Source: Candidatus Woesearchaeota archaeon (GTDB lineage Archaea > Nanobdellota > Nanobdellia > Pacearchaeales > GW2011-AR1). Taken from it: DNA of 58,967 nt. Positions within the stretch are counted from its first letter, which is position 1; each line of letters opens with the position of its first letter. Under the pieces are notes generated by a model. The model ran no database searches. It was not told where the DNA came from and saw only the letters and a program-made list of their open reading frames with translations. The translations under genes were made by a program, and so were the position numbers. The DNA lies in NCBI GenBank assembly GCA_964574775.1, contig CAZNOS010000001.1, forward strand, positions 1 to 58,967, given 5' to 3'. Positions 17,753 to 26,453 of this stretch are shown here, piece by piece.

Positions 17753-18545
17753 TTTGACTCTCGTATAATCTACGTCTTAATGCTTCCCTATTTTCTCCTT
17801 CCCTAGAAAACTTTTTCCCGAAAAAATTTGAAAAAAACCCTTTTTTCTCTTTCTCTCCGACTAAAGCTCTAGCTAATTTTTTTACCTCTTTAGAAACATC
17901 ATTCAAACTATCATAAATAGTAATTGGTACCTTAAAATGACTAGCCTCTAAAATCTTCTTATGATCTTTAATCCTCGCAACGACTGGCAATTCTATCATT
18001 TCTTCAATTTCGTTCAAATCAACTTCATATCGCGAATCTTTTATCTTGTTAATTATGACTCCCTCGACATTTGTCTTACTCTGCTTAGCCATCGCCGCCG
18101 CTTTAATTGAAGTATGAAGAGTAACTCTATCTGGAGTAGTTACAACAAAAATTTTATCTGCTGCCGCTATTGCTGGCAACATTTCAGAATGATGGGGTGA
18201 AGAATCAATAATAATAAAATCATATCTCGATTTATATTTTTCTAAAACTTTTTTTAATTTATATGGATCTACATCATCCTTAAAATATAACGAAGAAGGA
18301 ACAATATCCATTCCATACGCCTCGTAAATTGCTGCGTGTAATCCTTCCCTATCCCCCAAAACATCGTGCAATGTTAAATCATTCTTCATGCCCAGATAGA
18401 GCGCTATATTCGGTGCAGAAAAATTTGCATCAACCAGTAAAACTTTTTTTCCAAAGTCGTTTGCTAAAGCAGAAGCAGTTTCTAAGGCCAATGTCGTTTT
18501 TCCGACTCCACCCTTTATAGATACAAAACTAATAATTATTCCCAT
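17742..18545 (-). CDS. minD: MinD/ParA-family P-loop ATPase
   Basis: Deviant Walker A SIKGGVGKTTLALETASALA. Also VLLVDANF and IIIDSSP. Confidence 0.85.
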   Translation of the reverse strand: MGIIISFVSIKGGVGKTTLALETASALANDFGKKVLLVDANFSAPNIALYLGMKNDLTLHDVLGDREGLHAAIYEAYGMDIVPSSLYFKDDVDPYKLKKVLEKYKSRYDFIIIDSSPHHSEMLPAIAAADKIFVVTTPDRVTLHTSIKAAAMAKQSKTNVEGVIINKIKDSRYEVDLNEIEEMIELPVVARIKDHKKILEASHFKVPITIYDSLNDVSKEVKKLARALVGEKEKKGFFSNFFGKKFSREGENREALRRRLYESQINI

Positions 18546-18594
18546 ATCACTCTCTCATAAATTATTAGTTAATCATTCTTTTTAAGAGTTATGT

Positions 18595-19341
18595 TTATTC
18601 AAGTAACAACAAACTCACCATCACGAGAACGCCTAAGATGAAAGTTAAAATCTGAATTAAAGACGCTGAGACCTTAGTTTCCTTATGTAATTCTGGAATC
18701 AAATCACTTCCAGCGATATAAAGAAATCCGCCAATAGCAACTCCAACAAAATACTGTTCAATGCCAACAAACCAATCGCTCAACAAAAGAGCAACGACAA
18801 CCCCAAAAATAGCAGTTAGGGCTGTAAGGAAGTTCATCAAAATAGCTCTCTTTTTTGAAAAGCCAGCATATACCAAAACACCAAAATCTCCAATCTCTTG
18901 CGGAATTTCATGCAATAAAACGGCAATCGTCGTAGCAATTCCAGCCGGAATACTAACGATATAACTCGCAGCGATAATCAATCCATCAATGAAATTATGC
19001 AAAGCGTCTCCAAATAGATTCATATACGCAAACGGATGAACATGTGTTTTCGTCATAGGCATATGACAATGTCGCCAGTGTATGACTTTTTCTAAAGAAA
19101 AAAACAAAACAATTCCAAAAATAATAGAAAGAGAAACTCCTAGCGCAATTCCACTCTCTGCAATCTCGGGCAATAGATGTATAAATGCGTCTCCAAATAA
19201 TGCTCCAGCAGAAAAGCTAATCAAATAAATTAAAATTTTCTTTAATCTTTCAGTATTAACAGAAAGCGTAACTAATCCGACAATAGCAACCAAACTAACT
19301 AAAAATACACTAATCAACGAATATAACCAAATTGAATTCAT
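18595..19341 (-). CDS. ZIP-family divalent metal transporter
   Basis: HNFIDGLIIAASY and HEIPQEIGDFGVLVYAGFSKKRA are ZIP signature helices. Confidence 0.85.
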   Translation of the reverse strand: MNSIWLYSLISVFLVSLVAIVGLVTLSVNTERLKKILIYLISFSAGALFGDAFIHLLPEIAESGIALGVSLSIIFGIVLFFSLEKVIHWRHCHMPMTKTHVHPFAYMNLFGDALHNFIDGLIIAASYIVSIPAGIATTIAVLLHEIPQEIGDFGVLVYAGFSKKRAILMNFLTALTAIFGVVVALLLSDWFVGIEQYFVGVAIGGFLYIAGSDLIPELHKETKVSASLIQILTFILGVLVMVSLLLLE

Positions 19342-19342
19342 C

Positions 19343-20824
19343 TTATTCCTTCACCCTAGTTTCAACTGGTTTTCCAAACTTCAAGACATCTTCTCCCTCA
19401 ACAATATTTCTCACAACTTCTCTTAGTTCAGAAATTTTAACACGAACTTGTTTCGTTGTATCTCTATCTCTGATAGTAACAGATTTGTCCTTAGGAGTAT
19501 CTTCATCAATTGTAATACACATTGGCGTTCCTATTTCATCATTTCTCGAATATCTTCTGCCAATAGAACCAGACTTATCATAAACAATATTCCACTCCTT
19601 TCTTAAATCAGAAACAATCTCCTTGGAAATTTTTTCATAATTCTCATCTTTCATTATCGGAAAAACTGCAGCCTTAATTGGAGCTAACCTTGCAGGCAAT
19701 TTCAAAACCACATTCTGTCTCTTATCGTCGAAATTATACGCCTTAGTTAAAATTGCTAAAAAAACCCTTTCCATTCCGAATGTCGGTTCAATAACTCTAG
19801 GTATCATCTTGTTTTTATATTTCTCGTCGAAAACTTCCATCTTTTCTCCACTTGCCTTCATGTGCTGAGTTAAATCATACTGTCCTCTATTCGCATTTCC
19901 AGCAACTTCCTTGGAACCAAATGGATATTCATAATCAATATCAAAAGTAGCTGAAGAATAATGAGACAACTCATCTTTTGTATGCTCTCTAATTTTTATT
20001 TCGTTAAGACCTAATTGCTTAAACCACAACACCTGCTCAGCCAACCAGTATGCGTGCCATTCCTCAAGCTTTCCTTTTTTAAGCATCTCACCAATTGTTG
20101 TATCTTTTAGAGTGGTTTTATCAGCCTTTTGCGTCTCTGCATCCAATAATCTCACCTCGACATTAAGCTGTTTTTTGTCCAACAAATCACACTTTTTTTC
20201 TTCTGGATTTATAAAAAATTCAAACTCTCCTATGTGAAATTCTCTACTTCTAAATAAAAAATCTCTCGGAGCAATCTCATTTCTAAAACATCTTCCGATT
20301 TGCGCAATACCGAATGGTAAATTCATTCTAGATGTTTGTTGAACATTCTTAAAATCTAAAAACATTCCCTGCGCAGTCTCACCTCTCAAATAAGCATCTG
20401 TCGCGTCGATAGCTCCGACCTTAGTTTTAAACATCAAACTAAACTCTCCTTTTATTTCGTATTCTCCATTACATTTATCACACTTAACTTTTCCAACTTC
20501 ACTCTTATCTATCTTTGTAGAAATTTTGCATTTAGGACAATAAACAGCAACGTCATTAAAATTAGCAACGTGTCCGGACGCAATCCATGTTTTTGGATGA
20601 GAAATAATAGACGCCTCCACACCAACCATGTTGTCTTTTTGATGTACAAAATAATTCCACCAATCCTTCTTTATATTATTCATTAGTTCTACTCCGAGTG
20701 GTCCCAAATCCCAGAAACCAGCAAACCCACCATAAATTTCACTAGACCTAAAAACAAATCCCTCTCTCTTGCAAAAATTAGCAAGTTCATCAATAGATAT
20801 TTTCGCACTTTCACTTTTAACCAT
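19343..20824 (-). CDS. glyS: Glycine--tRNA ligase (archaeal/eukaryotic alpha2 type)
   Basis: FVFRSSEIYGGFAGFWDLGPLGVELMNNIKKDWW, FRNEIAPRDFLFRSREF and MERVFLAIL. ATG at 20824 is preferred over the TTG at 20845. Confidence 0.92.
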   Translation of the reverse strand: MVKSESAKISIDELANFCKREGFVFRSSEIYGGFAGFWDLGPLGVELMNNIKKDWWNYFVHQKDNMVGVEASIISHPKTWIASGHVANFNDVAVYCPKCKISTKIDKSEVGKVKCDKCNGEYEIKGEFSLMFKTKVGAIDATDAYLRGETAQGMFLDFKNVQQTSRMNLPFGIAQIGRCFRNEIAPRDFLFRSREFHIGEFEFFINPEEKKCDLLDKKQLNVEVRLLDAETQKADKTTLKDTTIGEMLKKGKLEEWHAYWLAEQVLWFKQLGLNEIKIREHTKDELSHYSSATFDIDYEYPFGSKEVAGNANRGQYDLTQHMKASGEKMEVFDEKYKNKMIPRVIEPTFGMERVFLAILTKAYNFDDKRQNVVLKLPARLAPIKAAVFPIMKDENYEKISKEIVSDLRKEWNIVYDKSGSIGRRYSRNDEIGTPMCITIDEDTPKDKSVTIRDRDTTKQVRVKISELREVVRNIVEGEDVLKFGKPVETRVKE

Positions 20825-20845
20825 GTTTACACAATCAATCTTCAA

Positions 20846-20863
20846 TTTATAAAGTTTTAGAAA
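20846..20863 (-). promoter_or_regulatory. BRE/TATA-like promoter of glyS (5'-TTTCTAAAACTTTATAAA-3' on the minus strand)
   Basis: TTTATAAA ends 21 nt upstream of the glyS ATG. The 18-mer is identical to 22766..22783. Confidence 0.5.
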
Positions 20864-20866
20864 CCA

Positions 20867-22744
20867 CTAATTAATAATATTTTCTATAAACGCACTTGGC
20901 ATAAGATTGCCACCCCAAACCCAATAAGAAATATCTTCTCTCTTGCCGTCTAACAACCTTCCATTTGGAGATTTAGAACTAATTAAATCCAATGGAAAAA
21001 AAGACCCGCCATCTTTAAATGGCATCGCGTAAATACCGTCTATATTTGTTTTTCTAAATGACAATCTATCGTTGTTCTCGTAGCCAATCATTTCTGGAGA
21101 AAATCCTAATTGACGAATAGTTGGTTTCCTTTCATTACTAATAGCAAATCCATCTTTTTTTATCGCATCATAATATTCTCTATCTACGAAAAGCACAAAA
21201 TCCGCTGGATGAACCCTATACCCACTCAAATTTGATCCATTGAAAGCCCCTATACCTCCCTCATCTACTTTAGTGGTTTCCTGTGCCGACTCATACTTAA
21301 CATCAGACGCTAACCAAAATTCCGGAATTCCATTTTGTAAATTTAGAACTTTAGATCTAACCGCACCAACCGCAGATTTTGACTTCGTTTTTAACGGAGA
21401 TATTTCTTTAAATGTCACGCTTCCATCGACAACACTCTCAATATATTGCGCAGGAATCTGAAAAACACCTTCTCTCGGCCTAATAGCTGACCAATTAGAA
21501 TCAATCACGACTCCATCCTGGACATAGAGAGCCCTTTTGCCACTCAAAAATTCTCTAAATATGAGCATGTTTTTTTTCATAATAACTTGCTCCAACTCTG
21601 GAGAATGACAAGTGCCCTCATCTAACGAAAGATAGTCTTTAGTCCCCTCCTTGCTCGAAGAATATCCTGCATTATAATAATAAGTCCAATTATCTCCCAG
21701 AGATGACGCCCTGGCATGATTTTTTAGATGGGGATATTTTTTTGCTCCATAATTTATAAATTCCGGACCAGCAAATTTCAACCTCCTACTAGATGGATGA
21801 ACGACAAAAACCTCGCCACTATTGCTATATTCCTCAGCTAACATATCCTTGCTTAATTGCATTTTGAGAAAAATTTCTGGAGAACGGTATTCCAGACCAC
21901 TAAGCAAAAATGAAGCATTAGCCAAAACACCAACAACTGGCTCCCTTATTGCAGAATTAGGATCTATCTCCAAAACAAAATGATAATTTCTGTCACCATT
22001 AGCAATATTTTTTTGTCTTCTAATCGCATCATCCAATTCTTGTCTGGCCCCTGCAGCCCTTTCTCGCAATTGTGATAGTTCTGCAATCGACTTCGAACCT
22101 GCTTGCTTAATCAGATACTCAGAATAGTCTATATTTCTTTGCAAATTAGAATTATCAGCCTTAATCAGCGGAAAAACTTCTGGCTTTATTTTAAAAACAC
22201 AATATGATTCATTCTGTCCACAATCGATATTCGGAAGGATGTCAGAAAATAATCTTTGTTTAAACGCGTCTACAGAATATACAGAATATGCTCCGTTAAT
22301 TCCGACTTTCCTCTTTTCATACCCCCTAGATGTTGATACATCTGCGGCACCAAAATTATATTCCTCCACCATTCCGACTCCAACTCTCAGATCTGAATGC
22401 AAAAAATCTATAGAAGTATTTTCAGAATTTAATGCAATCGGTTTATTCTGCTCGCCCACCTTCGGAATTAATAAAATCCTCACTCCCGCTGGTTCCTGTT
22501 CTAAAACAACCTCCAATGAATCTTTTAAAACCCTTTTACCATCTAAAGAAGCTAAGTCACAGGTTGTTTTAACGCATGCAAAATCTGTCCATTTATAATC
22601 AGGATAGCGAGCTGGCGCCTCAGGGGCAACGATATCGTTTTCTAAAACCTCTCTTCCAAATGCATCCCGTTCACCAAGAGCCACGGGACAAAAAGCTAAC
22701 AAAGCAGAACTCAAAATCCCAGCAAGACTCTTTCTAAATTTCAT
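20867..22744 (-). CDS. Secreted hypothetical protein (625 aa)
   Basis: Signal peptide MKFRKSLAGILSSALLAFCPVALG. No recognisable domain. Richer in Arg/Gly/Ala than the core genes. Confidence 0.7.
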   Translation of the reverse strand: MKFRKSLAGILSSALLAFCPVALGERDAFGREVLENDIVAPEAPARYPDYKWTDFACVKTTCDLASLDGKRVLKDSLEVVLEQEPAGVRILLIPKVGEQNKPIALNSENTSIDFLHSDLRVGVGMVEEYNFGAADVSTSRGYEKRKVGINGAYSVYSVDAFKQRLFSDILPNIDCGQNESYCVFKIKPEVFPLIKADNSNLQRNIDYSEYLIKQAGSKSIAELSQLRERAAGARQELDDAIRRQKNIANGDRNYHFVLEIDPNSAIREPVVGVLANASFLLSGLEYRSPEIFLKMQLSKDMLAEEYSNSGEVFVVHPSSRRLKFAGPEFINYGAKKYPHLKNHARASSLGDNWTYYYNAGYSSSKEGTKDYLSLDEGTCHSPELEQVIMKKNMLIFREFLSGKRALYVQDGVVIDSNWSAIRPREGVFQIPAQYIESVVDGSVTFKEISPLKTKSKSAVGAVRSKVLNLQNGIPEFWLASDVKYESAQETTKVDEGGIGAFNGSNLSGYRVHPADFVLFVDREYYDAIKKDGFAISNERKPTIRQLGFSPEMIGYENNDRLSFRKTNIDGIYAMPFKDGGSFFPLDLISSKSPNGRLLDGKREDISYWVWGGNLMPSAFIENIIN

Positions 22745-22765
22745 GAAAAAAATAGATATCCATCT

Positions 22766-22783
22766 TTTATAAAGTTTTAGAAA
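22766..22783 (-). promoter_or_regulatory. BRE/TATA-like promoter of the 625-aa gene, identical 18-mer to the glyS promoter
   Basis: TTTATAAA ends 21 nt upstream of the ATG at 22744. Confidence 0.5.
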
Positions 22784-22829
22784 ATGAATTACACAAATAT
22801 ATATAAAGATTCAATTGCTCAATATTACT

Positions 22830-23066
22830 ATGAGATGGACAACATATCTCGTATTGTATTTCGGAACCGGCGGCTCATCAAAACCAACCGAAATAGTATC
22901 AAAAATAGAATCTTTAAATTTTACAAGTGCCCTAGGCCCAGTTGACTTTACATACGATTGGAATGACAAAAAACCAAATAAAGAAGAAGTTTTAATGTTG
23001 GCAAACAAAATTTCTGAAATCTTAACTGGAACAAATTGTGTATTTAACCTAGATACACACGATTAA
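22830..23066 (+). CDS. Hypothetical protein (78 aa)
   Basis: ORF starting at ATG 22830 (MRWTTYLVLYFGTGGSSKPTEIV...). No family recognised. Confidence 0.4.
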   Translation: MRWTTYLVLYFGTGGSSKPTEIVSKIESLNFTSALGPVDFTYDWNDKKPNKEEVLMLANKISEILTGTNCVFNLDTHD

Positions 23067-23113
23067 TCTACGCCAACAAATCTTTAAAAACTCTTATTCG
23101 TTCAAATTTTCAT

Positions 23114-23135
23114 GCAGGTATAGCTAAGTGGTAAG
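23114..23135 (+). other. Ghost copy of the tRNA-Cys 5' end (19/22 identical)
   Basis: gcaggtatagctaagtggtaag versus tRNA gcaggtatagccaagcagtaag. The downstream sequence does not fold as a tRNA. Confidence 0.6.
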
Positions 23136-23236
23136 ATCGAGCCATTCGCTTTGAGCAAACTAATAGCTGTCTTGTAATAAATTGCGAAATGCAAATTGCG
23201 AGTAAAAGGCAGCGCCTTTTGTCAGCAAAAAATAAC

Positions 23237-23308
23237 GCAGGTATAGCCAAGCAGTAAGGCAAAAGGCTGCAACCCTTTGACGCGCCGGTGCAATTCCGGC
23301 TACCTGCT
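23237..23308 (+). tRNA. tRNA-Cys (GCA)
   Basis: Manual fold: GCAGGTA TA GCC AAGCAGTAA GGC A AAAGG CTGCAAC CCTTT GACGC GCCGG TGCAATT CCGGC TACCTGC T. Confidence 0.85.
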
Positions 23309-23320
23309 TTTATAATTTCA

Positions 23321-23336
23321 GGAATTGCGCAATTCC
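23321..23336. repeat. Perfect 16-bp palindrome GGAATTGCGCAATTCC 12 nt downstream of tRNA-Cys
   Basis: Read directly from the sequence. It shares gcaattcc with the tRNA T-arm (23291-23298). Confidence 0.8.
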
Positions 23337-23400
23337 CGAGTTGTTTGGCTTTTAAAAAAAACTTAAACTTACTACAACTTTAAAAGAGCAGACAATGAGC

Positions 23401-23411
23401 AGCTACCTGCT
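23401..23411 (+). other. Ghost copy of the tRNA-Cys 3' end (gctacctgctt, 11/11)
   Basis: Identical to tRNA positions 23299-23309. It abuts or overlaps the stop of CDS 23411..23908. Confidence 0.5.
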
Positions 23412-23908
23412 TAATCTTTTTTTATCCATTCTGGAACGGGAACTTTTGTTGTAATCTCTGTATCTATAGGTATCAAAATATCTTTATTTATAACAAATGA
23501 AAATGACTTATCTATATCTAAACTGATATTCTTATTTATATCCATCTTTTTGTAAACATTAATTGTTGTATTAATAGAGATAGTCTTCTTAATAGGAACA
23601 TCAACTATTATCTCTCCGGTAGGCAAACTTACTGGAACTTTTATAACCTCATCCAAAACAAAAAAAGTATTTATTGGGACACTCTCATTAATTATAAATG
23701 AATCACTAACGGGAAAAACAATAGCTGTTCTAATTGGAATATCTACCAGCTGATTTATCTCAAAACTAAATGTTTGGTTAATGGGAATCTTAACCTCAAA
23801 CAAAGACTCCTGTAAGACCATCTGACCGTAAACGTATCCACCATACGCAACAGCTACTATAATCACCAAGAAAATTACAACCTTAAATACACTCCCAATG
23901 AAACTCAT
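23411..23908 (-). CDS. Membrane-anchored hypothetical protein with repeated [IV]P[IV] motifs
   Basis: TM segment VFKVVIFLVIIVAVAYGGYVY. The body is repetitive and beta-rich. Confidence 0.6.
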   Translation of the reverse strand: MSFIGSVFKVVIFLVIIVAVAYGGYVYGQMVLQESLFEVKIPINQTFSFEINQLVDIPIRTAIVFPVSDSFIINESVPINTFFVLDEVIKVPVSLPTGEIIVDVPIKKTISINTTINVYKKMDINKNISLDIDKSFSFVINKDILIPIDTEITTKVPVPEWIKKD

Positions 23909-23937
23909 AAAATAATAAAATAACTTTTCTTTTTAAA

Positions 23938-24858
23938 TTATTCCAAAAGCATCTTTAACAAAGCCATTCTAATAAACAACCCATTTTCTGCCTGTCTAAA
24001 ATATGAAACTCTTTTATCATTTTTCTCAATATCTAATGACAAATCAATTTCTTCAACGTGTGGCAATGGATGCATAACGATAGCATCACTTTTTATTAAA
24101 TGAAAATTATCTTTATTAATCACAAATTTGCCTTTCGCCTTCTCGTAATCTTCAACTGATATTCTCTCTTTCTGAATTCTAGTCATATAAATTACGTCAA
24201 CTTCTGACAAAAGCTTATTCAAATCGTCTTCTTCTCTAAAATTAACGTTATGTTTCTTCAAATATTCTTTTATATCCTCTCTCATTTTCAAATTTTCTGG
24301 CGAAACAAAAATTATTTCTATATTAGAAAACTTGCCCAGCAAATAACATAAAGAACGTACGGTTCTACCAGAAGCTAAATCTCCCACAAAAGCAATCTTA
24401 AAATTATCAACCCTTCCAATCTCTCTATAAATAGTATACAAATCCAACAAAGCCTGAGTGGGATGTTGCCCCTTACCATCTCCAGCGTTTATCATTGGAA
24501 TACTAATAACATCTGCCGCCCTTTTGGCAGAACCCTCTTCGTAATGTCTCATAACTATACAATCGGCATACATCGCCATAATTCTAGCAGTATCCTCCAT
24601 ACTCTCTCCCTTTACAGAAGAGGAAAATTCTTTGGCATTTTCCGTACTAATAATACTTCCACCCAATTTTTTCGTTGCAGACTCAAAACTTAATCTTGTT
24701 CTTGTACTTGGTTCATAAAATAGCGTTGCAACCACCTTACCCTTTAAAACATCAGAAAACAGCTTCGGATTTGATCGTATTTCATCCGCACTTTTAAATA
24801 AAGAAAATAAAATATCGGGAGTTAATTGCTGTGACTCAATCAAGTTTCCCAACTTCAT
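23938..24858 (-). CDS. pyrB: Aspartate carbamoyltransferase catalytic subunit
   Basis: ATLFYEPSTRTRLSFESA, HPTQALLD and VMHPLP motifs. Confidence 0.93.
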   Translation of the reverse strand: MKLGNLIESQQLTPDILFSLFKSADEIRSNPKLFSDVLKGKVVATLFYEPSTRTRLSFESATKKLGGSIISTENAKEFSSSVKGESMEDTARIMAMYADCIVMRHYEEGSAKRAADVISIPMINAGDGKGQHPTQALLDLYTIYREIGRVDNFKIAFVGDLASGRTVRSLCYLLGKFSNIEIIFVSPENLKMREDIKEYLKKHNVNFREEDDLNKLLSEVDVIYMTRIQKERISVEDYEKAKGKFVINKDNFHLIKSDAIVMHPLPHVEEIDLSLDIEKNDKRVSYFRQAENGLFIRMALLKMLLE

Positions 24859-24965
24859 AATATATTAAATTATTTTTTATTTAAATATTTATGCAATATT
24901 GAAAATAAAAAATCAATTCACCCAAAAGCATAATTTTAAATACGATTTTTTGGTGGTATTTTTAG

Positions 24966-25040
24966 GCCCGAGTAGCTCAGCCTGGATAGAGCAGCTGCCT
25001 TCTAAGTAGCAGGTCCGGGGTTCAAATCCTCGCTCGGGCG
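24966..25040 (+). tRNA. tRNA-Arg (TCT)
   Basis: Manual fold: GCCCGAG TA GCTC AGCCTGGATA GAGC A GCTGC CTTCTAA GTAGC AGGTC CGGGG TTCAAAT CCTCG CTCGGGC G. Confidence 0.88.
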
Positions 25041-25087
25041 TTTTATATATAATTTATAAACTATATGCCCTAGTATATAATAAGAAA

Positions 25088-25996
25088 ATGGCAGAAAAAA
25101 TACAACTCACATTTTTAGGAACAGGCTCGGCAGTACCCACAGCAAGACGAAATCACCCAGCCGTGCTTCTACAATACAAGGATGAAAATATCTTATTTGA
25201 TTGCGGAGAAGGAACTCAGAAACAATTTAGAATCGCAAAACTAAATCCATGCAAAGTCACAAGAATATTTATTTCTCACTGGCATGGCGATCACATATTC
25301 GGACTTCCTGGACTCCTGCAAACACTAATGCTAAATAATTATTCCAAAACACTTTACATCTACGGACCGAAAGGAACAAAAGATTTTATCGACCTCTACA
25401 AAAGAATGTATATTTCAAAAGGCGACGACTATAAAATCGAAACAAGAGAATTATCCAGTGGACTAGCCCTAGAAGAAAAAGAATTCAAAATAGAATGCGC
25501 CCCAATGCAACACGACGCCCCATGTCTAGCTTACTCATTCACAATAAAAGAAAAATCAAGAATTGATAAAGCTAAACTAAAAAAATTAAAACTCCCAGAA
25601 AATTCGCCACTAATTGGACAACTTGCTCAAGGCAAAACAATTGAATTTGAAAAGAAAAAAATAGACGGTAAAAAATTAATTTACACAGAACCGCAAAGAA
25701 AAATAACCTACATAATGGACACAAGAGAAAATGAAAATACTATAAAAATCGCAGAAAATTCAGATATCTTGATTTGCGAATCAACCTACTCAGCCGAGGA
25801 AGAAGAACAAGCAAAAGAATACTCCCACTTAACCTCCACGCAATCCGCAGAAATCGCAAAAAAATCAAAATCAAAACAGCTTATATTAATGCATCTTTCA
25901 CAAAGATATGAAAACCCAAAGCCGATTTTAAACGAAGCAAAAAAAGTTTTCAAGAACACGAAAGTCGCAGAAGATTTTGATAAAGTTGAGATTTAA
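25088..25996 (+). CDS. rnz: Ribonuclease Z (tRNA 3' endonuclease)
   Basis: LTFLGTGSAVPT..RNHPAVLL, CGEGTQKQ and ISHWHGDHIFGLPGLL (metallo-beta-lactamase HxHxDH). Confidence 0.9.
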   Translation: MAEKIQLTFLGTGSAVPTARRNHPAVLLQYKDENILFDCGEGTQKQFRIAKLNPCKVTRIFISHWHGDHIFGLPGLLQTLMLNNYSKTLYIYGPKGTKDFIDLYKRMYISKGDDYKIETRELSSGLALEEKEFKIECAPMQHDAPCLAYSFTIKEKSRIDKAKLKKLKLPENSPLIGQLAQGKTIEFEKKKIDGKKLIYTEPQRKITYIMDTRENENTIKIAENSDILICESTYSAEEEEQAKEYSHLTSTQSAEIAKKSKSKQLILMHLSQRYENPKPILNEAKKVFKNTKVAEDFDKVEI

Positions 25997-26001
25997 AACA
26001 C
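25961..26001 (+). repeat. Direct repeat copy 1: last ~41 nt of rnz including the stop
   Basis: aaagtcgcagaagattttgataaagttgagatttaaaacac. It is re-used at 26381-26405 (22/25) and 26434-26453. Confidence 0.8.
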
Positions 26002-26002
26002 A

Positions 26003-26416
26003 ATGAAGCATGCAACTGCAATAATTTTATTTAATGATAAAAAACAGATTTTAGTTCAAGAGAGAGATGGTAATACGCTCATCCATCCAAATAAATGGAG
26101 TTTTTTTGGTGGCGGAATAGAGAAAAACGAAAGCCCTATTGAATGTGCAATAAGAGAATGCAAAGAAGAATTAAGTTATCAGTTAAAAAATCCTAAATTT
26201 ATTTTTTCTAAGATAATTAATGAACTAAACACAAAATTGTTTGTCTTTATAGAGAATTTCAACCACATACAAACATTAAAATTAAACGAAGGTAGAAGCA
26301 TGAGATGGATATCTATTGATAATGCCAGCACATTATCGTTTCAGCCCGGATTTAAAGAAATATTACCGGAAATATTTACGAAAATCGCTGAAGATTTTGA
26401 TAAGGCAGAAATATAA
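26003..26416 (+). CDS. NUDIX hydrolase
   Basis: Nudix box GGGIEKNESPIECAIRECKEELSY. The C-terminal AEDFDKAEI copies the rnz C-terminus AEDFDKVEI. Confidence 0.85.
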   Translation: MKHATAIILFNDKKQILVQERDGNTLIHPNKWSFFGGGIEKNESPIECAIRECKEELSYQLKNPKFIFSKIINELNTKLFVFIENFNHIQTLKLNEGRSMRWISIDNASTLSFQPGFKEILPEIFTKIAEDFDKAEI

Positions 26417-26453
26417 TTCTTATAAAAATTTTAATAAAATTGAGATTTAACAC
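26381..26453 (+). repeat. Direct repeat copy 2 of the rnz 3' end, split by a ~28-nt insert
   Basis: 26381-26405 aaaatcgctgaagattttgataagg and 26434-26453 ataaaattgagatttaacac. Confidence 0.75.

Noticed and set aside
23114-23411. Possibility that the outer tRNA-Cys fragments (and likewise the tRNA-Val fragments at 38522-38736) form a functional split, permuted or giant-intron tRNA enclosing the intact gene.
   Set aside because: Manual folding fails. The upstream fragments lack a D-stem and anticodon arm. The downstream fragments lack a pairing T-stem (Cys) or any 5' acceptor partner (Val). No complementary leader/trailer pair was seen. They are retained as ghost or remnant copies, pending software checks.
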